This document shows, one piece after another, positions 22,519-29,123 of a stretch of 32,000 nucleotides of DNA. Made by a program: the position numbers and the translations under genes. The notes under the pieces are model-generated. The model saw only the letters and a program-made list of their open reading frames with translations, was not told the origin of the DNA and made no database searches. Numbering within the stretch: the stretch's first letter is position 1; every line of letters starts with the position of its first letter. The stretch comes from an uncultured Methanosarcinales archaeon (GTDB lineage Archaea > Nanobdellota > Nanobdellia > Woesearchaeales > CAZPJY01), in contig CAZPJY010000014.1 in the NCBI GenBank assembly GCA_964587045.1, forward strand, positions 1 to 32,000, given 5' to 3'.

Positions 22519-22708
22519 GAAACTAGTTATGACCCTCATCATGCTTATGTTCGTGTTTTTCTTCACGTTCTCCTTCGCATTAAGGGGGCTCACTACGGGG
22601 GCAATGCTCTTTAACCTGGGCGTGGGAGCCACTGCAGAGAACTGGATGGTCATCATCCTATCCATAGCCTTTATGGCGGTGATAGTCCGCGAGCTGCACA
22701 GGCTCTGA
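22511..22708 (+). CDS. Small two-TM membrane protein (65 aa)
   Basis: MRKKLVMTLIMLMFVFFFTFSFAL...NWMVIILSIAFMAVIV. The start overlaps the upstream gene by 8 nt. The 3' end overlaps the convergent peptidase gene by 38 nt. Confidence 0.4.
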   Translation: MRKKLVMTLIMLMFVFFFTFSFALRGLTTGAMLFNLGVGATAENWMVIILSIAFMAVIVRELHRL

Positions 22709-23159
22709 TCGCTTTCTCGACGAAATCAGCGGCCTTTGCAGCGTCGAAAGTCTTGGGCACGTGGATGAATGCGAAAGGCAGGCTTGGGGTAAAACTCCTA
22801 ATGACATACATTGAGAAGTTACATACCGACCTCCCAGCATCGTAAGACAGCCAGGCGCCCTCCTTGGGCAGGCTCAGGCTCATCCTTATCGTGTCCGGCC
22901 CTTGGCCAATCGGTCCGTCCCTCTTGAGGTTCTTGGCCTTGCGCTCAATTCTGAGCATCCTGCCTCGCGGGTGCATACCCAGCCCGATTATCGCATCAGG
23001 CTCCGCCTTCTTAACAGTGTTGGTAAACATCTTCTTGTCATAGACCACAGGGAAGATCTCCTTGATAACGCCAACAGACCTGACCCTTTCAACGACCTTC
23101 TTTGATATGTTGAAATCCATGCCGCCATAAGGCTGGAAGCCGAAGATGAGAAACCTCAT
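22671..23159 (-). CDS. Short pyroglutamyl-peptidase I-like (peptidase C15) protein
   Basis: 162 aa. MRFLIFGFQPYGG, PDAIIGLG, IERKAKN (Glu), AGRSVCNFSMY (Cys) and FIHVP (His) follow the order of the C15 catalytic triad motifs. The middle region is shorter than in typical Pcp. ATAAATAG lies 22 nt upstream of the ATG. Confidence 0.6.
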   Translation of the reverse strand: MRFLIFGFQPYGGMDFNISKKVVERVRSVGVIKEIFPVVYDKKMFTNTVKKAEPDAIIGLGMHPRGRMLRIERKAKNLKRDGPIGQGPDTIRMSLSLPKEGAWLSYDAGRSVCNFSMYVIRSFTPSLPFAFIHVPKTFDAAKAADFVEKAIRACAARGLSPP

Positions 23160-23233
23160 GGACCATTACAAGACTGCTGCCTATTTATCTTTTTTGTAAA
23201 AGCTTAAATATTCAGCTTCCAGAAGCCATACGC

Positions 23234-23830
23234 ATGGACTTCAGCTTGGGCATAAGGAACGAGCTTAGGAAATACTTCCACCTCCGCGAGGAGGACCGCC
23301 TCGGCTACGAGGATAGGATGCTCTCAATATTTAACAGGATGACAGGCAGTCTTGACAGCTTCTTCATCAACGAGTATGAGATCGCTGAGGAATCATACTT
23401 CTGCAACCCGGAAGACAGCGACGCCCGTGCAGGATTCGACAAGCTAAACGACATATTGTATGGCAGGTGGCTGGCAGCGTCCTACGGGGAGGATGGGCTC
23501 GAAGAGGTTATAAGAGGAACCATCAGGGAGTTCCGCGACCTGTATTATTCCAACTCTGTCGGCAATGTGAGGGGGTTTGATGCCTTCAGGATGCTCAAGG
23601 CCGATCCCGGTGACTATTCTGGGCTGGCCGACCGGCTCAGCATGAGGTTCTTTGACGCTTACTGCGCTGCCAAGGAGGGAAGGGCGCGGACAGCGAGGAC
23701 TATCCTCTCAGAGCTTGAATCCTACAGCATTCCGGTCGAGGCCTTCGCCGACGATTATTTCAGGGAGATTTGGAAAAGGATAGAAAAAGAAAAGAGAAAG
23801 CTCAGCGTTTCCCTGGCATTGGACGCCTGA
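23234..23830 (+). CDS. Hypothetical protein (198 aa)
   Basis: CTTAAATATT (23203-23212) ends 22 nt before the ATG. No recognisable motif. The 3' end overlaps the convergent rpoK by 29 nt. Confidence 0.5.
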   Translation: MDFSLGIRNELRKYFHLREEDRLGYEDRMLSIFNRMTGSLDSFFINEYEIAEESYFCNPEDSDARAGFDKLNDILYGRWLAASYGEDGLEEVIRGTIREFRDLYYSNSVGNVRGFDAFRMLKADPGDYSGLADRLSMRFFDAYCAAKEGRARTARTILSELESYSIPVEAFADDYFREIWKRIEKEKRKLSVSLALDA

Positions 23831-24026
23831 CCGTGAGTGGGATCACACCCTTATCGAACTCTATCCTGGCAATCTTTATCGGGTTGTAGCTCAGGTTCTC
23901 GATCTCCTTCTTGGTGAGTTTCACCATGAAAGGGGCTCCCATCGCGATTTGCAGCGCCCGGCTGCCTATCATCCTTGCCTTCTCGTACTTGGTGTAGCGG
24001 ATGTCTTCTTCTTTCTTCTTCGCCAT
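23802..24026 (-). CDS. rpoK: DNA-directed RNA polymerase subunit K (Rpo6)
   Basis: 74 aa. YTKYEKARMIGSRALQIAMGAPFMV...NPIKIARIEFDKGVIPLTVRR is the RpoK/Rpb6 signature. Confidence 0.9.
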   Translation of the reverse strand: MAKKKEEDIRYTKYEKARMIGSRALQIAMGAPFMVKLTKKEIENLSYNPIKIARIEFDKGVIPLTVRRPMPGKR

Positions 24027-24034
24027 GAGCTCAC

Positions 24035-24835
24035 CTAAAGGGCTTTTCGGAGCTGGACACTCACATTCTGGGCGATACCGACCATCTTGTCGATCTCTTC
24101 AGGCGTCAGCGCTCCGTTCCCGCCCTTCTGCATCGCGCACAGCCTTCCGTCGGCCGTTGTGGACACGGTCAGTCGGGCGTCAGCAGCCTCTTCCTCCTGG
24201 GGAAGCGGGTCCACTATAAAATGCTTTCCAACCTTGAATACAGTGACGGGAAGCGGCTCCCGGATCAGGGGCAGCTTATCAGTTGACTTCTTCTTGTGAT
24301 CGACTTTTATGTCAACAAACTTGCCATCCTCGTCCCGAACGATTTCGAATGTCGGGAAGACGCAGTTCTTCAGTGCTGCCATAGCGCCGAGGCCTGAAAT
24401 GTCAATTAGGTTGCCGGCGACGTTCATGGACATTATGTCAACGCTCACCATCCACACCTTCTTTCCCGGCTCTATGCAGAGCTTCTTTGTCTCGATCGCA
24501 CCTGATTCCCTGATGCCGCGGTCAACCACCCTTGCCAGCTCGATTGCCTCGATGCTCGGAGGGCCGGACTCGAATGCCGGATTGGAGAAAGGTATGAGCT
24601 CCGCTCCCACCATCATCACACCATCATCAGGCGTGTCAGGGAAGGGAGTGCCCAGTTCCATCTTGATTCCGACCAATACCTCGTTGTCACCGATGCAAAC
24701 TCGGGCGGAGCCCTCCGCTGTCTTCGAAAAGCTCGGCTCGACTGTCACGGGCCTGAAATCCAGCAGTTTCCTGCCGTCCAGATGGATGCCCTGATCGAGG
24801 TATTTGAGTATGTGGTTCTTGAAAGAGTCTCTCAT
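24035..24835 (-). CDS. rrp42: Exosome complex component Rrp42 (RNase PH-like, inactive subunit)
   Basis: 266 aa. LDGRKLLDFRPVTVEPSFSKTAEGSARVCIGDNEVLVGIKMELGTPFPDTPDDGVMMV. Its position directly downstream of rrp41 has a 4-nt overlap. Confidence 0.9.
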   Translation of the reverse strand: MRDSFKNHILKYLDQGIHLDGRKLLDFRPVTVEPSFSKTAEGSARVCIGDNEVLVGIKMELGTPFPDTPDDGVMMVGAELIPFSNPAFESGPPSIEAIELARVVDRGIRESGAIETKKLCIEPGKKVWMVSVDIMSMNVAGNLIDISGLGAMAALKNCVFPTFEIVRDEDGKFVDIKVDHKKKSTDKLPLIREPLPVTVFKVGKHFIVDPLPQEEEAADARLTVSTTADGRLCAMQKGGNGALTPEEIDKMVGIAQNVSVQLRKAL

Positions 24836-25551
24836 TTTGCCTGCACCTCAAACTTCTTCTTCACAGCATCGCGCTGGACATCGGCAATCTGCTTGATGGC
24901 CACCTTGGCCTTTTTTAGGATCTCCTTTAGTTCCTCCCTTGTCAGGAACCCGTCCATCTGCAGTAGGCTCACCTCACCGGTCGAAGGAATCATCGCCACC
25001 GGGATATCGGTTGACATCGCGACCCCATCCTCCTTGTAAGCCTCTTCGGTGTAATCCAGATCCACCACGATCTTGTCTCCAATCTTTCCCAAGGCGATCG
25101 CGCCGACGAGGTCCTTCATGTTGATACCTGCGTCCGCGAGTGCCATTGAGGCCGCACAGATGCCTGCGCACCTGCTGCCGGCGTCTGTCTGAGGCAGTTC
25201 GATGAAGACGTCCACGACAGCGTTTGGGTACTCGGAGAGATCGATTACGGGCTGGAGGGCTTTTTCAGTCACGAGCGATATCTCTTTCGACCTCCTGTTT
25301 GCCCCTGGCCTCACGCGGTCCTCCTTGGCGGAGAAAGGCATCATGTTGTAGTTGACGCGAAGTATCCCCGTCGCGGGGTTCTGCATGAATTTGGGGTAGA
25401 GATCCCTCGGACCGTACACAGCTGCGTAGGCATGGGTATTGCCGATCTTGAAATAGGCAGACCCTTCGGCGTTCTTGATCACACCGACTTTCGCTTCAAT
25501 CGGGCGCAGCTGTTCAAAACTCCGTCCGTCTTCTCGCTTATTGTATGTCAT
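24832..25551 (-). CDS. rrp41: Exosome complex exonuclease Rrp41 (RNase PH-like, catalytic subunit)
   Basis: 239 aa. REDGRSFEQLRPIEAKVGVIKNAEGSAYFKIGNTHAYAAVYGPRD and GANRRSKEISL (phosphate-binding region). Confidence 0.9.
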   Translation of the reverse strand: MTYNKREDGRSFEQLRPIEAKVGVIKNAEGSAYFKIGNTHAYAAVYGPRDLYPKFMQNPATGILRVNYNMMPFSAKEDRVRPGANRRSKEISLVTEKALQPVIDLSEYPNAVVDVFIELPQTDAGSRCAGICAASMALADAGINMKDLVGAIALGKIGDKIVVDLDYTEEAYKEDGVAMSTDIPVAMIPSTGEVSLLQMDGFLTREELKEILKKAKVAIKQIADVQRDAVKKKFEVQAK

Positions 25552-25553
25552 TG

Positions 25554-26273
25554 TTATGCACCCTTCAGTTCCTTCTCAATGAAGGCTTTGACCTGGTCCG
25601 TGAGTCCCGGGAGGTGCGACTGCTTCTCTATCATCCTTATGGTTTTGACGACCACCAGCTCTGATTTCGGTTCGCCGCTCAGCCAGATTATCCCGTTCTG
25701 GCCGACGATTATCTGGACGTTGGTCAGGTTTTTGATCAAGCTCACCATGGAGCCCTGCTTTCCGATGATCCTCGGCACCTTGTTCGGGCTGACCGTGAGG
25801 AACCTCCCGCCGCTCAGCTTCCGAAGACCCGGACCCTTCATGGACAGGTCGACCAGCTTCTGGCTCGTCACCTGCACGATTTTGGTCACCAGGAAATCTC
25901 CGATGTCGAAATACTTCGTGAGGTCGGCGCCGCGCTGAATGTACTCGCTTGTCGCGTCTTTCATCGAAAGCATCGCGCTGTAGGCCGAGTTGGTCTCCAG
26001 CCTCCATCCCATAAGGCTTACGTCGATCACCGGACCGATGATCACATCTCCTTTCTTGGGAAGGTACTTTCCGGAGAGGGGGATCAGCTTCACCGCCCTC
26101 CCTTCAAGGTACACGAGCCCCAGCTTGGATGCGACGACCTTGTCGCCCAGCCTGTAAGTGCCAGCGGTGGGCAGGTAGTCCATGCCCTCCGCTATGCAGT
26201 CTCCAGGGACCACGATGTCCTTTTCCTTGACTAACATATTTCCCATTGTTTCATCAACTCCCTTTGCTATCAA
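25554..26273 (-). CDS. rrp4: Exosome RNA-binding cap subunit Rrp4 (N-terminal, S1 and KH domains)
   Basis: 239 aa. VVPGDCIAEG, YLPKKGDVIIGPVIDVSLMGWRLETNS (S1) and VSPNKVPRIIGKQGSMVSLI (KH GxxG). The start is ambiguous: ATG 26246 or 26237 would remove the 20-nt overlap with SBDS. Confidence 0.9.
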   Translation of the reverse strand: MIAKGVDETMGNMLVKEKDIVVPGDCIAEGMDYLPTAGTYRLGDKVVASKLGLVYLEGRAVKLIPLSGKYLPKKGDVIIGPVIDVSLMGWRLETNSAYSAMLSMKDATSEYIQRGADLTKYFDIGDFLVTKIVQVTSQKLVDLSMKGPGLRKLSGGRFLTVSPNKVPRIIGKQGSMVSLIKNLTNVQIIVGQNGIIWLSGEPKSELVVVKTIRMIEKQSHLPGLTDQVKAFIEKELKGA

Positions 26274-26991
26274 GTATCTTGGATTCTATATTGCCATGAG
26301 TTAACTGGTTGAGCTTGTCGAAGAACTCGTCCCTCATGCCTGCGGGCATCTCGACAGTGGCCTTCCACGACCCGTCGTTTTGCCATTCCTGCCTTGTGAT
26401 GGATGACATCCCGTTCACCATCGAATATGATTTTACGGCGTACTGGGCAGGGATGACCAGCTCGATGATGGCCTGCTCGAAGCGTATCGGCATGACTTCC
26501 CTCAGCTTGGCCAGCACGGGCTGCACCTGGTCCTCTGCCTTCTTGAACTCGTCAATGTGGACCCTGGCCTGCTCGAAGGCGTTCTCAATCCGCGTCATCG
26601 GATGTGGCAGGTGGGTGCGTGGGTCGACTGCGTTTGCGTGGATCATGGCCAGGATGCGCTTCCTCTTCTCCTCCCTCAGCCTCTGCCTGTATTCTGAAGA
26701 AAGCTGTATCTCTCCATGCCTGATGATCTCATCGGCGACCTCTAAGTGGTTGGAGGTCCCGAAGAATTCCTTCATCTTGGATTCGGCGGCGAGTTCGCCC
26801 TTCTTGGCGTCGTGGAACACTTCCTCGCTCTTGAGGACGTCTTTTACGTCGACCTGCTTTCCTTCCCTGTGCGCTACAGCGAGATCCGGGTCCACCACTA
26901 TCTCGAAGTTGATGCCTCCCTTCTTGAGCCTTGTCAGGTTGAAACTCACCTTCTCCTTGTCGAACGTCTGTCCGTGAGAGATTGTTCTCAC
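26254..26991 (-). CDS. sdo1: SBDS/Sdo1-family ribosome maturation protein
   Basis: 245 aa. TRLKKGGINFEIVVDPDLAVAHREGKQVDVKDVLKSEEVFHDAKKGELA is the FYSH-domain signature. The GTG start overlaps the psmA stop (GTGA). Confidence 0.9.
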   Translation of the reverse strand: MRTISHGQTFDKEKVSFNLTRLKKGGINFEIVVDPDLAVAHREGKQVDVKDVLKSEEVFHDAKKGELAAESKMKEFFGTSNHLEVADEIIRHGEIQLSSEYRQRLREEKRKRILAMIHANAVDPRTHLPHPMTRIENAFEQARVHIDEFKKAEDQVQPVLAKLREVMPIRFEQAIIELVIPAQYAVKSYSMVNGMSSITRQEWQNDGSWKATVEMPAGMRDEFFDKLNQLTHGNIESKILDSKGS

Positions 26992-27731
26992 CCCTTCTTT
27001 TTTATCTCGCTCAGGATGCCCCCTATTTCGCCTGCGGTCATCTTGGTGAACTTCTTGTCCTTGGTGGATATGTAGGCCACCTCGACCTTCTCCTCTGAGA
27101 GCTTGGTGTTGAGGGCCTGCGTCAGGGCCTTAAGAGCCATCCTGATGCCGTCCTGCATGGTCATGTCGTCCTTGTACTCCTTGTGCAGGAGCTCCTCTAT
27201 CTCGGTCTCGCCCTCGCCTATCACAGTGGCCTTGTACTGGAAGAAGATGCCGGTCGGGTCTGTCTCGAAAAGCTTCGGCTTTCCGTTGTCGACCCCTGCG
27301 ATGAGCAGCGATACGCCGAACGGCCTGAGCCCTCCTGACTGCGTGCATATCTGCTTGAGGGCACAGACGTGCTTGACTATCGACAGCACATCTATAGGGG
27401 TGTCATAGGTCACCGCGTGCTGCTGGGCCTTGACCTGCGCGCTCTCGATTAGCACTCGGGCGTCTGAGATTATTCCTGCGGCTGTGGCGCCGATGTGTTC
27501 ATCTATCTGGAAGACCTTCTCCACAGCTTCCGGCACGATGAGTTTGTCGATTATCCTCTTGTCGGTGACGAGTATCACTCCGTCTTTGCAGGCTACACCT
27601 ATCGCGGTCGATCCCTGTCTGACGGTCTTTTTTGCGTACTCGACCTGTAGCAGTCTTCCATCAGGGCTGAACATCGTTATAGCCCTATCGTATCCCATTA
27701 TTTGGTGTGACATTGGTTGCACGAGCACCAC
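26988..27731 (-). CDS. psmA: Proteasome subunit alpha
   Basis: 247 aa. GYDRAITMFSPDGRLLQVEYAKKTVRQGSTAIGV is the proteasome alpha-type signature. Confidence 0.95.
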   Translation of the reverse strand: MVLVQPMSHQIMGYDRAITMFSPDGRLLQVEYAKKTVRQGSTAIGVACKDGVILVTDKRIIDKLIVPEAVEKVFQIDEHIGATAAGIISDARVLIESAQVKAQQHAVTYDTPIDVLSIVKHVCALKQICTQSGGLRPFGVSLLIAGVDNGKPKLFETDPTGIFFQYKATVIGEGETEIEELLHKEYKDDMTMQDGIRMALKALTQALNTKLSEEKVEVAYISTKDKKFTKMTAGEIGGILSEIKKKG

Positions 27732-27732
27732 C

Positions 27733-28089
27733 TCATGTGATTGCTTTTTCTGCTTTCTTTATCATGCCTGACGTGATCAGGCTCTTGACAATGACCTTCT
27801 TGCCCCTGATATCCTTGATGAACGCAAGAGCCGCCCTCAGCTCGTCCACATAGTTGTGGGAGACGCGGAGGATTCCGCTGTTGGTCTCAGGATTCCAGCG
27901 CTTGTCCACGAGCTGGACACCCCCTTTCGAGAGCCCGACTTCGCCGTACAGGCGCTTGAATGATGACATGATGGCCTCTTTTACGGCCGCAACTGGCATT
28001 TTGCCATCAGTTATGATCTTAAATGCGATGTAGCGTTTGCGTTCTCGTAGTGTGGGTGATAGCGATTTAAGGGTTCTCTTGATTTGCAT
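27733..28089 (-). CDS. rnp2: RNase P protein component 2 (Pop5/Rpp14 family)
   Basis: 118 aa. LRERKRYIAFKIITDG...ILRVSHNYVDELRAALAFI. It is the first gene of the exosome/proteasome superoperon and ends 1 nt before psmA. Confidence 0.8.
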   Translation of the reverse strand: MQIKRTLKSLSPTLRERKRYIAFKIITDGKMPVAAVKEAIMSSFKRLYGEVGLSKGGVQLVDKRWNPETNSGILRVSHNYVDELRAALAFIKDIRGKKVIVKSLITSGMIKKAEKAIT

Positions 28090-28186
28090 CCCCCTATTTT
28101 TCAGAGAAAAAGATTCGCCTTTTCTCTTCCATCTCTCTGGCAGCAGGAATTCCGGTTTTGTTTATAAACCTTACGGATTTCGAGAA

Positions 28187-28197
28187 CTTTAAATATT
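28187..28197 (+). promoter_or_regulatory. TATA box (CTTTAAATATT) for lipid kinase paralog 2
   Basis: It ends 20 nt before ATG 28217, which predicts a leaderless transcript. Confidence 0.45.
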
Positions 28198-28212
28198 AGC
28201 TGGAAACCAGCT
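28198..28212. promoter_or_regulatory. Perfect inverted repeat AGCTGG-AAA-CCAGCT across the predicted transcription start of the kinase gene (candidate operator)
   Basis: 6-bp arms with a 3-nt spacer lie exactly between the TATA box and the ATG. Confidence 0.3.
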
Positions 28213-28216
28213 GCTC

Positions 28217-29083
28217 ATGCGCTACGGAATAGTCGCCAACCCTGCCGCCGACAACGGCAGGCTGAAGAGCAATTTCTCAAGCCTGAGGAGGATTCGGGAT
28301 GAGGTTTTCCCAGGGGCAAGGATAGAAGGGCTCGACACCCCGTGCAAGGAAGATTTCATGGGATGCGCATCTGAGCTTGAGAAGTCTGTTGACATTCTCA
28401 TCGTCGCAGGCGGCGACGGCACTTTCTCGGATGTGATTAACGCGGTGCCTGAGAGCGCCGCCTTGGGATACCTCCCCATGGGAACAGGCAATGGTGTCGG
28501 CTTCGCGTTCGGCCTTCCGAAAGACCCAATGGGGGCTGCGAGGAGGATCAAGTCAGGAAGGGTCCACCCCACGGATGCGGTCGGTGTCCTAACACCAGAT
28601 GGGGCTGTCAAGGCCCTGCTGACCACCTTGGGCATCGAGGGAGTTGTTACAGATGCCTACAACAAGGGCAGTAGAGTAGGCTTCCTGGGCTACGCGGCAT
28701 CCTTGCTGCCGGCCCTCACATCCTACGGCGGTTATGATGCTGAGATCCTTACAGGGAGTGAATCCCTCAGAATAGTCGGTGTCAGGTCCCTGATCGTCAG
28801 CAAGAGCCCGTTCTACGGCTACGGTGTGAATATTAATCCGACAGCGGTAATGGATGACGGCCTCCTGCACCTGAGGGCGATGAACCCTACGCGCATCGGC
28901 GCAGTCCGAGACCTTTTAGGGACGCTTTTTTTCGGCAACAAGTCAGGCGTGGTGAGGAAGGCGACTGACATCACCATACGGACATCCATCCCCCAGATTC
29001 TCCAGGTAGAGGGAGACAACCGCTTCATTGCCCAAGATTTTTCTTACCATGCGATTCCCGGCTGCCTGAAAATGGTCTATTGA
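28217..29083 (+). CDS. Lipid kinase of the diacylglycerol kinase catalytic-domain family, paralog 2
   Basis: 288 aa. ILIVAGGDGTFSDVINAV and LGYLPMGTGNGVGFAFG. Confidence 0.8.
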   Translation: MRYGIVANPAADNGRLKSNFSSLRRIRDEVFPGARIEGLDTPCKEDFMGCASELEKSVDILIVAGGDGTFSDVINAVPESAALGYLPMGTGNGVGFAFGLPKDPMGAARRIKSGRVHPTDAVGVLTPDGAVKALLTTLGIEGVVTDAYNKGSRVGFLGYAASLLPALTSYGGYDAEILTGSESLRIVGVRSLIVSKSPFYGYGVNINPTAVMDDGLLHLRAMNPTRIGAVRDLLGTLFFGNKSGVVRKATDITIRTSIPQILQVEGDNRFIAQDFSYHAIPGCLKMVY

Positions 29084-29090
29084 AAGTCAA

Positions 29091-29101
29091 ACTTTATATA
29101 C
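29091..29101 (+). promoter_or_regulatory. TATA box (ACTTTATATAC) for lonB
   Basis: It ends 22 nt before ATG 29124, which predicts a leaderless transcript. Confidence 0.45.
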
Positions 29102-29123
29102 AAAAGACTTATCCTATAACACT

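Noticed and set aside
18846-23830. An integrated virus or plasmid remnant as the explanation for the run of small hypothetical genes (acidic protein, coiled coil, wHTH, nuclease fold, Zn ribbon).
   Set aside because: There is no integrase, no capsid- or ATPase-like gene, and no duplicated tRNA fragment (att site). The only TTCGAA-containing T-arm-like strings are the two real tRNAs. The genes also use the same promoter motif as core genes. I keep this only as a weak possibility, to be tested by comparison with related genomes.
24939-25171. Small overlapping ORFs within rrp41: 24939-25124 (+) and 24974-25171 (-).
   Set aside because: They are Arg/Pro/Gly-rich out-of-frame or antisense translations of a strongly supported RNase PH gene. 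No independent signals support them.
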